NCBI GenBank assembly: GCA_937920635.1
Contig: CAKZUE010000068.1
Location: 7,999-71,998 of the forward strand
Direction: 5' to 3'
Length of the DNA stretch: 64,000 nt
Origin: an uncultured Bryobacteraceae bacterium
GTDB taxonomy: Bacteria; Acidobacteriota; Terriglobia; Bryobacterales; Bryobacteraceae
A program made the translations under genes and the position numbers. Positions 44,721-53,243 of this stretch are shown here, piece after piece. The number at the start of each line of letters is the position of its first letter. Position 1 is the stretch's first letter. The notes under the pieces were generated by a model. That model did no database searches. It was given only the letters and a program-made list of their open reading frames with translations, and had not been told where the DNA came from.

Positions 44721-46322
44721 ATGGATCAGAAGCTATACAGCCAGATCGTCGACAACTTTTTCACCTGCAACCCCGAACTCATCACCGCGATTTTCCGGGA
44801 GCTCCTCCTTGCCGTGCAGGCCGAGTCGTCGTTGCCGCCATCGCCGCACATGGCGCAGAACTATGAGACCGCCCAGGCCAACCCCGAAATCCATGTCCTG
44901 CCTGGCAACCTGAAGGACGCCCGCGACGCCGTGTTCCCGTACTTCTGGGGAACCGACGGCTGGTTCAGCCCGCTGCACCTGGAAAACGTCAAGGGTCCCG
45001 CCAACTACGCCTCCCTCATCGGCGCCCTCGCCTGCCTGCTCAAGAATCCCAACCTCTGCACTGACACGTACAGCCAGCGCTCGAACGAACTGGAGATCAA
45101 GGCCGTCACCGCGCTGGCCAACCTGCTCTTCTACCACATCGAAGACCCGTGGGGCGTCTTCACCATGGGCGGCACGATCTCGAACCTGTACGGGGCGAAG
45201 CTCGGAATCGAAAAGACCTGCCCCGGCGCCATGCACAACGGGCTGGACGGAACAAAAATTGCCGGAGTTGTTTCCGAGGCGGCGCACTACTCCAACCTCA
45301 CGCTGGCCGGCTGGCTGGGCCTTGGCACGAAGAACCTTCACGCGATCCCTACAGACGAGGCGTTTGCCATGCGGCTGGACCTGCTCGAGCAGAAGCTCGA
45401 AGAACTGCACGCCGCCGGCATGCGGGTGGCCTTTGTCACGGCCACCTTCGGCACCACGGACTCCTCGGGAATCGACGACATCGGCGCCATCCACGCTATC
45501 CTTGAGTCCTTCGCCGCGCGCCACGGCGTGCCCCGCCCGCAGCTTCATGTGGACGCCGCCGTCGGCTGGGTGCTGAGTTTTCTGGCCGCCTATGACCTGG
45601 CGCAGAATGAACTGGGCTTCTCGCCCTCGACGCTCGCCCTGGTCGAGCGCGCGCAACGCGCCACCGCCGGGCTGCGCGTCGCCGACAGCATCACCATCGA
45701 CTTCCACAAAATGGGCTGGGGCCACTATCCGGCAAGCGCATTCCTCGTGAGAAGCCGCCAGGATCTGCGCTATCTGTCCCGTTCCACCGAGGACATGCCG
45801 TACTTCTCTGAAGCCGACGGCCGCCGCGATCCGGCGGTGTTCACACTGGAGACTTCGCGCCCCGCGCTTGGCCCGTATACGGTCATGGCGTCGCTCAACG
45901 GCATCGGGCTGGCCGGCTGGCAACTGCTGGTGGCCCGCGCGCTGGAGCTGGCCGAAGACCTCAAGCAGCGCCTGGAGCGGCTCGAGTACTGCAAGGTGCT
46001 CAACCTCGGCGCCATCGGCCCCAGCGTCGTCTGGTGGGTGCTGCCCAAAGGCCGCAACGCGAAGGAGATCTATCAGCGCACCCTCGACGGCCAGATCCCG
46101 GCAGACCGCTTCGCCCGCTATGCGGCCGAGATCCGCCGCCTGTTCGAGAAACGCGACAAAAGCCTCGACCCGCGGCTGGACGCGCGCCTCAGCTTCACGC
46201 TGAACTCCGGCCACAGGGCGCACGGCATCGCTCTGCCCGCCTGGAAGGCCGTCTTCTTCAATCCGATGACCGACAGCTCCGTGCTCGACCGCCTGATCTT
46301 CAGCATCGAAGAGCTGCTGTGA
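44721..46322 (+). CDS. pyridoxal-phosphate-dependent decarboxylase (group II, fold type I)
   Basis: FTMGGTISNLYGAKLG and the PLP-lysine motif SITIDFHKMGW. About 533 aa. GGAGAAAGG Shine-Dalgarno upstream. ATG 44721 is preferred over GTG 44700. Confidence 0.82.
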   Translation: MDQKLYSQIVDNFFTCNPELITAIFRELLLAVQAESSLPPSPHMAQNYETAQANPEIHVLPGNLKDARDAVFPYFWGTDGWFSPLHLENVKGPANYASLIGALACLLKNPNLCTDTYSQRSNELEIKAVTALANLLFYHIEDPWGVFTMGGTISNLYGAKLGIEKTCPGAMHNGLDGTKIAGVVSEAAHYSNLTLAGWLGLGTKNLHAIPTDEAFAMRLDLLEQKLEELHAAGMRVAFVTATFGTTDSSGIDDIGAIHAILESFAARHGVPRPQLHVDAAVGWVLSFLAAYDLAQNELGFSPSTLALVERAQRATAGLRVADSITIDFHKMGWGHYPASAFLVRSRQDLRYLSRSTEDMPYFSEADGRRDPAVFTLETSRPALGPYTVMASLNGIGLAGWQLLVARALELAEDLKQRLERLEYCKVLNLGAIGPSVVWWVLPKGRNAKEIYQRTLDGQIPADRFARYAAEIRRLFEKRDKSLDPRLDARLSFTLNSGHRAHGIALPAWKAVFFNPMTDSSVLDRLIFSIEELL

Positions 46323-46404
46323 AAACGGGGTCGGCGGCCGCGTGGCGCTGCTTTTCCTGACCTCCGCCGCCTGCACATGTATATTGGTCATTCGGAGCCG
46401 ACAG

Positions 46405-47763
46405 ATGCATGGCCGACAGCTTTTCTTTCTCACCGCAGTTCTGCTCGTGATCAGCGGGTGCAGTTCCCCTTCGCCGCAGCCCGCCACGCAGGGCGCGCGC
46501 GAGCGCCGCATCCTCGCCCAGGTTCACCCCTCGGGTTTCGAGTTTTCTCACGACACGTACAACGGCATGGGCGTGGCCAGCGACAGGCGCGTCTACTACG
46601 TTCTCAGCAGCGAGAAGCCGGATGTCGCGGGTCAGATGTATTTTTACGATCCTTACTCGAACCGTGTCGGGCATGTGGGGGACTTGACGGAGGCCGCCGG
46701 CGAGAAGGGCATGAACGCCATCGCGCAGGGCAAGAGCCATGTGAATTTCGTCGAGGCGGAAGGCAGGCTCTGGTTCGCCACCCACATCGGCTACTACTCG
46801 ATCATCGACGACATGGAGAAGCCCGGCGTGCCGCCGCCCGGCATGAAGCCCTACCGCGGAGGCCACGTGCTGGCCTACGATCTGAAGACACGGCGGTTTG
46901 AAGACCACGGCATCGCCCCGCGCGGCGAGGGCATCCTGACGATGAACATGGACCCGGCGCGCATGCGCGTTTACGGGCTCACCTGGCCCACGGGCGTTTT
47001 CTTCCGCTACGATGTGCGCCGGCGCGAGTGGAAGGAGCTTGGCGCGTTTTTCGAAGAGGGCGAGAACGGCCGCGGCCCAACCTACCGCACCATCTGCCGC
47101 TCGCTCGGCGTCGATCCGCGCGACGGCAGCGTCTACTTCAGCACCGGGGACGGCACGATCCACCGCTACCGCTACGACACGGAGAGCGTTTCAACCGTCG
47201 AAGGCGACAATTTGAAGAAGGATTATTTCGGCCAGTACGACATCACCTCGCCCGGCCACATGGCCTACAACTGGCGGCAGGTCGTCTGGCATCCGCGCAC
47301 GGCAATGTTTTATGGCGTGCATGGAAATTCGGGTTATTTATTCCGTTTCGATCCGCGCGCCGAACGGGTCGAGGTGCTCGACCGCATCACCAGCGGGCCC
47401 TCCCGCCGCAGCGGCATGTTCGACCAGTTCAGCTACGGCTATCTCGGTTTCACGCTCGGCCCCGACAAGGAGACGCTCTACTACCTGACCGGCGGCCCCA
47501 TCTACGTCGAAGGGAGACGGCTGAAGGGCAAAGACGCGACAGGCAAGGGCGAGGCCAAGGGCGACGAGAACCTGCACCTGATCACCTGGCACATCCCCTC
47601 AGGCCGTTACACCGACCACGGCGCCGTGTTCTACGAGGACGGCAATCACCCGACCTACGTCAATTCCATTGCGGTCACGGGTGACGGCCGCGTCTTCACG
47701 CTGGCCCGCGTGCCGCGCCAGGATGGCACGTTCCGGACGGAACTGATCAGCTTCCGGCCGTGA
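46405..47763 (+). CDS. hypothetical lipoprotein (repetitive beta-strand, propeller-like)
   Basis: MHGRQLFFLTAVLLVISGCSS lipobox and a GGAG Shine-Dalgarno 8 nt upstream. Contains repeated motifs of the type ...Y..D......W... I recognise no family. Confidence 0.6.
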   Translation: MHGRQLFFLTAVLLVISGCSSPSPQPATQGARERRILAQVHPSGFEFSHDTYNGMGVASDRRVYYVLSSEKPDVAGQMYFYDPYSNRVGHVGDLTEAAGEKGMNAIAQGKSHVNFVEAEGRLWFATHIGYYSIIDDMEKPGVPPPGMKPYRGGHVLAYDLKTRRFEDHGIAPRGEGILTMNMDPARMRVYGLTWPTGVFFRYDVRRREWKELGAFFEEGENGRGPTYRTICRSLGVDPRDGSVYFSTGDGTIHRYRYDTESVSTVEGDNLKKDYFGQYDITSPGHMAYNWRQVVWHPRTAMFYGVHGNSGYLFRFDPRAERVEVLDRITSGPSRRSGMFDQFSYGYLGFTLGPDKETLYYLTGGPIYVEGRRLKGKDATGKGEAKGDENLHLITWHIPSGRYTDHGAVFYEDGNHPTYVNSIAVTGDGRVFTLARVPRQDGTFRTELISFRP

Positions 47764-47770
47764 GCTGGAG

Positions 47771-48523
47771 TCAGTCTCCTGTCGCAGGAGAAGGCACAAA
47801 GGCCGCGTCCGCGGGGGCCGTCCGGGCGGAGGACGGCGGTGTCAGGCACTCGATGGCGAACCGCACCTCCCGCTCAACGGCCCACTCCTCCACTACGGCC
47901 TCCAGGATCACCGGGGCTTCTTCCGGGATCCGCGCCGCCACCCGGCGGTAGGAGAAATAAGACAGATATGACAGCGGCTCGTGGCGGCAAAAAGTGTTCA
48001 CTTCACTGACGTGCAGTTGACGGATCCGGTCCCTGTATTCGGCGAGAAGCAGTTCCGCCTCGGTCATGCTGGGATCGAATTGCCGGGCATGCCCGATGTC
48101 AAAGCAGAAACCGGCCTCCGGAAGAAGACCGAAAAAGTGTGCCAGATCAGGCACGCTCCGGCCGATCGCCTTCCGGCTGTCCATGTTTTCAATCAGGAGC
48201 ATGCGGCCGAGGCTCCGCCATCCCCGGGCATCCCGGATGGCGTCCGGGTGCACCACCACCGGGATCTTTCTCTCCGCGGCTTTCTGCACGAGATCAATCA
48301 CAGTGCTTTCTTCGCGATCATCGTACCGGCTCGGCGCGTGGAGCGAAACATATTGAAAGCCGCTCAGATCCAGGTCTGGCAGCGCCTCAATCAGCGGCTT
48401 CAATTCGAAAAAACGAAGGGCCGACAACTCCACAGCCCGCAATTGATGCTGCCGCGAAATCTCGATTCCCCTGACAAAGTCCCCCAAAGCCAACGCACCC
48501 GTGGAAAATCCGATCATCTTCAT
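47771..48523 (-). CDS. small xylose-isomerase-like / endonuclease-IV-like TIM-barrel protein
   Basis: 250 aa, beginning MKMIGFSTGAL. Ordered metal-ligand-like residues LHAP, VVHPD, LIENM, CFDIGHA and LHVSE resemble the AP_endonuc_2 family. The ATG (48523) shares 1 nt with the stop of the upstream NTase gene. Confidence 0.65.
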   Translation of the reverse strand: MKMIGFSTGALALGDFVRGIEISRQHQLRAVELSALRFFELKPLIEALPDLDLSGFQYVSLHAPSRYDDREESTVIDLVQKAAERKIPVVVHPDAIRDARGWRSLGRMLLIENMDSRKAIGRSVPDLAHFFGLLPEAGFCFDIGHARQFDPSMTEAELLLAEYRDRIRQLHVSEVNTFCRHEPLSYLSYFSYRRVAARIPEEAPVILEAVVEEWAVEREVRFAIECLTPPSSARTAPADAAFVPSPATGD

Positions 48524-49665
48524 CAGAAAACTCCGTAAAGTTTTGTGAGCTTGGCCATCACAGTCGTCTCATCGAAAAAGACTTCGATCAGCCCGTCGCG
48601 AAACTCGTGTGAGGCCGTCCGAATCTCCTGGTACAACTGGCTTTCGTGGCGCTTTGCAATCGCCATTCTTGCAAGTTGATCCCGCTGCTCGGGATCCTGG
48701 AGAGCTGCAAGAAAGCGATCATAGGCCGTAAACAGCTTTTTTGCCGTCTTGCGCAAGTGTCTCTGTGCCTTCATGTGCCTGGCCAGAATTTCCAATGGAG
48801 GCTGAGAAAGAAGGGCCTGAAAGTACTCCGTCCTTGCCCCGCATTCAGGATTTTGCGTGCCCTCTTTCTCCTTCAACCCGGATGCAGTCTGCTCGTCGAG
48901 AGCCACGCTGAAGCACGCCAGCAACCCGGCGGCGTAAATCAGCTTCCGGGACATCCTGAGCTTCAGGTTGCGGATCACCGCGCCCTCGCCCATGCGTGTC
49001 CTTCGTTTGTACGCAAAGTCCACTGCCATGGTCCACCAGAACCGGGAAAAATCGTTCAGCAGGAACCGCGGCACAGGAAATTGGGACCGCCAATGGAGGA
49101 AAGCGTCGTCCTCGCTGAGATAACGTTTCAACACCCCTCGCGTTACGCGTTTATAGGCATCTTCGTTGCCGAACGGGATGCTCTCCAGCAGAAGGAGGAT
49201 CCGCCGCGTCGTGTTGCGGTTGGTGTCGTCTTCCCCGCCGATCTGGTGCAACAGCTCATGACTGAATGCCAGACTGCCAAACGTACCCTCTCGTCCCGGA
49301 TCCCTGGAGACAACAGAATGAATTCTTTCATGCACGCGGCGGGCGATATCCCGATGGTCGTCGGAGGCCGCGCCATCCACCAGCAGGGTCCAGTCGAGAT
49401 CGCTGTTCGGGGTGAATTCCCGGCGCGCCAGCGAGCCGAAGGCCACGATGCTGTAGTCTCCGGAGCAAAAATCATCCCCCAGGACATCGCGAAGCTTGCC
49501 AATCGTGGCGGAGGATTCCTCTGCGGCACGATGAAGCGCTTTCCACGAGCATTGAGTGTTCTTCTCGATCGCCCAGAGGGAGGGCAGGAGATCCTCCGGA
49601 GCAGAACATTGCCAGAGGCGTTCTGAGGCGGCATCTGCGAATCTGACGGCACGAGACTCTTTCAT
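48523..49665 (-). CDS. stand-alone GlnD/DUF294-like nucleotidyltransferase with helical C-terminal domain
   Basis: Pol-beta NTase motif AFGSLARREFTPNSDLDWTLLVDG. Downstream, TRRILLLLESIPFGNEDAYKRV resembles the GlnD/DUF294 segment after the catalytic core. The C-terminal ~200 aa is helical. GC is visibly lower than in the flanks. The start is uncertain (ATG 49665 chosen; in-frame ATGs also at 49752 and 49755). Confidence 0.65.
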   Translation of the reverse strand: MKESRAVRFADAASERLWQCSAPEDLLPSLWAIEKNTQCSWKALHRAAEESSATIGKLRDVLGDDFCSGDYSIVAFGSLARREFTPNSDLDWTLLVDGAASDDHRDIARRVHERIHSVVSRDPGREGTFGSLAFSHELLHQIGGEDDTNRNTTRRILLLLESIPFGNEDAYKRVTRGVLKRYLSEDDAFLHWRSQFPVPRFLLNDFSRFWWTMAVDFAYKRRTRMGEGAVIRNLKLRMSRKLIYAAGLLACFSVALDEQTASGLKEKEGTQNPECGARTEYFQALLSQPPLEILARHMKAQRHLRKTAKKLFTAYDRFLAALQDPEQRDQLARMAIAKRHESQLYQEIRTASHEFRDGLIEVFFDETTVMAKLTKLYGVF

Positions 49666-49753
49666 CTTACGGGATGCGCCGCCGGGCCGGCGCCGAGCGG
49701 TGGTCCGTGACGGGCGGAGCCCAGGATCAGACAATGGTGACTGAGGGAGCATC

Positions 49754-50068
49754 ATGAGAGCCATCGCCGATGTCTGCATCATCCCGCTCGGGGTCGGGGT
49801 GTCCGTCTCCAGAGAAGTCGCCGAGTGCGAGCGCATCCTGCGCGAGTCGGGGCTCAAAACAAAATTGCACGCTTATGGCACCAACGTGGAAGGCGAGTGG
49901 GACGACATCATGGCGGCAGTGAAGCGCTGCCACGAAACCCTCCACGCCATGGGCGTCGCGCGCATCTCCACCAACATCCGCATTGGCACGCGCACCGACA
50001 AGCCGCAGACGATGGAGGACAAGATCGAGAAGGTCGAGCGGCTGCTTGAAAGCAGGAGCAGCGGCTGA
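49754..50068 (+). CDS. MTH1187/YkoF-family (DUF77) thiamine-binding-like protein
   Basis: 104 aa. MRAIADVCIIPLGVGVSVSREVAECERIL, HAYGTNVEGEWDDIM, STNIRIGTRTDK. GAGGGAG Shine-Dalgarno. Confidence 0.85.
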   Translation: MRAIADVCIIPLGVGVSVSREVAECERILRESGLKTKLHAYGTNVEGEWDDIMAAVKRCHETLHAMGVARISTNIRIGTRTDKPQTMEDKIEKVERLLESRSSG

Positions 50069-50073
50069 GACGG

Positions 50074-50760
50074 CTACCGGATAAGATCTCCGCGCCGTAG
50101 CGCCCGAAGGTCCGCAACAAAGTGATCCGGGCCGCAGGCGGCCAGCTCCTCGCGGCTCACCACGCCCGTGCCCACCGCCACGATCCGCACCCCCGCCTCC
50201 CGCGCCGCTTTCACGTCGTTGGGGTGATCGCCGACATAAACCACGTCCGCGCCGCGCCGGATCAGTCCCGCCCGGCGCGCCCGGGAAACCGCCAGGCGGA
50301 TGAGCGCACCGCGCGTGGGTGCATCGCCGGAGAACGCGCCCACGATGAAGAACTCTTCCAGCCCGGCGCGCCGCATTTTCGTCCAGGCGATCCGCTCGAG
50401 ATTGCCCGTGACCAGTCCGCAGGGAATGCCGCGGCGCTGCAACGCCCGCAGCAGCCCGCGTACGCCGGGGCACACCTTGCGCGAAAGATCGGGACAATTC
50501 CGGGCATAAATGTTCTGGGCGGCCCGGCCCGCCTCGCCCAGCAGCCGCAGGGCGGCGCGGCCGTGCGTGCCAGCCCTCGCCAGCATCTCGAGCAGAATGT
50601 CGCGGTCCAGCATCCCCGCCACGGGGATCCCGTCGATCGACACCGCAGTCCCGGTCACCCGTTCCACCGCGCGCTCCAGCGCGCGCCGGTGCGCAGGTCC
50701 GCTGCGCCGCAGCAGCGTTCCATCAATGTCGAACAGCGCCAACGCGCCCGCCGGCTCCAT
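50074..50760 (-). CDS. HAD-superfamily hydrolase (phosphoglycolate phosphatase-like)
   Basis: Motif I LFDIDGTLL, motif II LVTGN, and motif IV YVGDHPNDVKAAREAG. Confidence 0.88.
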   Translation of the reverse strand: MEPAGALALFDIDGTLLRRSGPAHRRALERAVERVTGTAVSIDGIPVAGMLDRDILLEMLARAGTHGRAALRLLGEAGRAAQNIYARNCPDLSRKVCPGVRGLLRALQRRGIPCGLVTGNLERIAWTKMRRAGLEEFFIVGAFSGDAPTRGALIRLAVSRARRAGLIRRGADVVYVGDHPNDVKAAREAGVRIVAVGTGVVSREELAACGPDHFVADLRALRRGDLIR

Positions 50761-50768
50761 CCGCTCCC

Positions 50769-51293
50769 ATGATATCCGCGGCTACACTGAAATGGATGCA
50801 GGTGCTTCAGGCGGGCGGCCGCCAATGGGTGCAACTGGAACTGGATGCCGACCTCCTCCGGCAGGCGGCCGAGGAGGAAGGCTTCACATGCAAGGCCGAG
50901 ACGCGGCAGCGCAGCATTGTGCTCGATCTCGCCGCGCCGGACCGCGAAGGGCCGCTGCTCGTCTTCGACGGGGCGGATCCCGCCAACACGGGCTGGTTCG
51001 CCCGCTGCCAGTTTTATGTCGACGCGCGCAGCGGCGCCGTCATGCAGACGCCGTTCTTCCTGGCGAACCTGCCCGACGCCCACGGCCGCATCAACCCGCG
51101 CGGCGTGCGGCTCCAGATCCTCACCGAACTGCCGATCCACGCGCGCCTGCCCGGCCGGCAGCCGGTCACCGAGAAGGCTCTGTTCGCGGTGTATGTGACG
51201 CTGCTCCGCGGCCTCTCGCAGAACGGCGTGGCGCTGTGCGGCAAAGGCGCCGTGCAGCCTCTCACCGGACGGCCCGAGCCGGCGCGCAGGTAA
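50769..51293 (+). CDS. hypothetical protein (orphan)
   Basis: 174-aa ORF filling the gap between two confidently called genes. No recognisable motif. The start is only 8 bp from the divergent HAD start; ATG 50796 is an alternative. Confidence 0.4.
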   Translation: MISAATLKWMQVLQAGGRQWVQLELDADLLRQAAEEEGFTCKAETRQRSIVLDLAAPDREGPLLVFDGADPANTGWFARCQFYVDARSGAVMQTPFFLANLPDAHGRINPRGVRLQILTELPIHARLPGRQPVTEKALFAVYVTLLRGLSQNGVALCGKGAVQPLTGRPEPARR

Positions 51294-53234
51294 TCACTTC
51301 AGCACCGGCAGGATCGAGTTCGCCTCGTCGGTCCACAAATAGCGCCGCTGCGGCCGCACGCCCGCCCAGGCGCGGCCCATATCCACCAGCATCCATGTGG
51401 AGGCCAGCGCTGCCACGGCGGGATCGGCCGCGCTGTTCATCCGCGTGCAGCTCGCGCCGGCATCGGCGGCCAGCGCCCGCACCACCGGCGTCAGATCCGC
51501 GTACTGGTTGGAGATGTGAAACGCCATCACGCCGCCGGGCTTCACATGCTTCCGGTACAAAGCGAACGCCTCGCGCGTCAGCAGGTGCGCGGGAATCGAA
51601 TCGCCGCTGAAGGCGTCGATGACGAGGACATCAAACCCCTGCGGCGCCTCCTGCGCCAGCGTCAGCCGCGCGTCGCCTTCCGCCACTTCGATGTGCGCCG
51701 CGGAACGCCGCAGATACGTGAAGTGCCTCCGGCTGAACTCGATCACCATGGGGTTGATCTCGTAGAAACGGAACACGTCCCCCTCGCGCCCGTACACTGC
51801 GAGGGCGCCCGCGCCGAGTCCGATGATGCCAACCCGGCGCGCCGCGCCCGGGCGGCTCAACAACAGCCCTGCCGCGCTTGTCCGGCCATAGTAGGCGGTG
51901 GCGATGCTTTCCATCCCGCCGCTTTGGAACTGCGAGCCGTGCACCACCATCCCATGCAGCATCTTCCGCAACGCCGGGCGCGTTTCCGAAGCGGGCTCGT
52001 CCACCACGCGCAGGCTCCCGTAGAAGTTCCGTCCGGCGTCCACCAGCCCGGCGTAATAGTTCTGGATCAGCGCCAGCGAAGGCGTCGCCGCAAACACCGC
52101 GGCCATCGCCGCGCCCTGCATCAACCAGCGCCCCGCGCCGCGCATCCGCCACAGGCACAACAGGGCTGTCCCGGCCATCAGCAGCGGCAGTTCAAAATAG
52201 CCTTTCAACAGCGACGGCGCGAGCACGCCCGCGAGGAAGGATCCAAGCGCTCCGCCCGCGGCTGCGTGCGTCCAGAAACTCGTCAGCCGCTCCGGCTCCG
52301 GCTTGGATGCCGCCAGTTCGCGGTGCGCGAAGAGGCAGACCAGCAGCAGCCCCAGGCAGTACAGCCCCACCTTCGCCGCCAGCACCGCCTGCAAATCCAG
52401 AAACAGCAGCGACAGGGCCATGGCCAGCAGCCCGAGCAGGGCCTGCCACGCCGTGCGCTTCCCGGGGCGGTTCTCGATCAGGAACGCCGCAGCGTAGGTC
52501 AGCAGGTACACAAGCAGCGGAACCACCCAAAGCAGCGGCGCGGGCGCCACCACCTGCGTGATATGGGCCGTGGTCGCCACCAGAAAGGCCGTTCCCAGAG
52601 CCGCCCACCCGAGCCACTTCAGCCGCTCCGGCCACCGGGCGCTGCCCGCCAGGGGAAGCGCCGGCGCAGGCGGTTGCCGCCGCCAGACGAGCCATGCCGC
52701 GCCTGCCAGCAGCAGGGCCTGCACCACGAACGCCGCGTCCCACGCGCGCTTCAACTGCGACAGGCCGAGGCGCGGCTCGAAAGCCAACGGAAACGCCAGC
52801 AGCGCCAGCGCGCAGGCGGCGTTCGACCACGCCGACAACCGGTACGGGCGGGCGCGCGCGTCCAGCAGCCCCAGCCAGTGCTGCATCAGCGGAGAGGTGG
52901 CGGACAGCAGAAAATACGGCAGCCCAACGGCGCCGGCGAGCGCCAGCAACACATGGGCCGCATCCCTGCCTTGCGCGGGCGCCGCGCGGGGCAGCAGCAC
53001 GCACGCCAGCACGACAGCAGCGTGCAGCGCCGCCTGCGCCCGCGGCTTCAGCAGCCGCGCCAGCAGGTGCGCATACAGATAGCCCAGCAGCAGCACCGAC
53101 TGGAAGAAGAGAAGGCACGCCGACCACACCGCCGCCGATCCGCCGTACAGCGGCAGCAGCATCTTGCCGGCCATCGGCTGGACAAGAAACAGCAGAAACG
53201 CGCCCAGCACGACGGCTGGCCCGATCCAGTACAT
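51294..53234 (-). CDS. fused polytopic membrane domain / spermidine-synthase-like (aminopropyl- or methyl-transferase fold) protein
   Basis: About 400 aa of hydrophobic helices, then RVGIIGLGAGALAVYG, FYEINPMVIEF and DVLVIDAFSGDSIPAHLLTREAF, typical of the SpeE-like fold. Confidence 0.8.
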   Translation of the reverse strand: MYWIGPAVVLGAFLLFLVQPMAGKMLLPLYGGSAAVWSACLLFFQSVLLLGYLYAHLLARLLKPRAQAALHAAVVLACVLLPRAAPAQGRDAAHVLLALAGAVGLPYFLLSATSPLMQHWLGLLDARARPYRLSAWSNAACALALLAFPLAFEPRLGLSQLKRAWDAAFVVQALLLAGAAWLVWRRQPPAPALPLAGSARWPERLKWLGWAALGTAFLVATTAHITQVVAPAPLLWVVPLLVYLLTYAAAFLIENRPGKRTAWQALLGLLAMALSLLFLDLQAVLAAKVGLYCLGLLLVCLFAHRELAASKPEPERLTSFWTHAAAGGALGSFLAGVLAPSLLKGYFELPLLMAGTALLCLWRMRGAGRWLMQGAAMAAVFAATPSLALIQNYYAGLVDAGRNFYGSLRVVDEPASETRPALRKMLHGMVVHGSQFQSGGMESIATAYYGRTSAAGLLLSRPGAARRVGIIGLGAGALAVYGREGDVFRFYEINPMVIEFSRRHFTYLRRSAAHIEVAEGDARLTLAQEAPQGFDVLVIDAFSGDSIPAHLLTREAFALYRKHVKPGGVMAFHISNQYADLTPVVRALAADAGASCTRMNSAADPAVAALASTWMLVDMGRAWAGVRPQRRYLWTDEANSILPVLK

Positions 53235-53243
53235 CCGCTTTCA

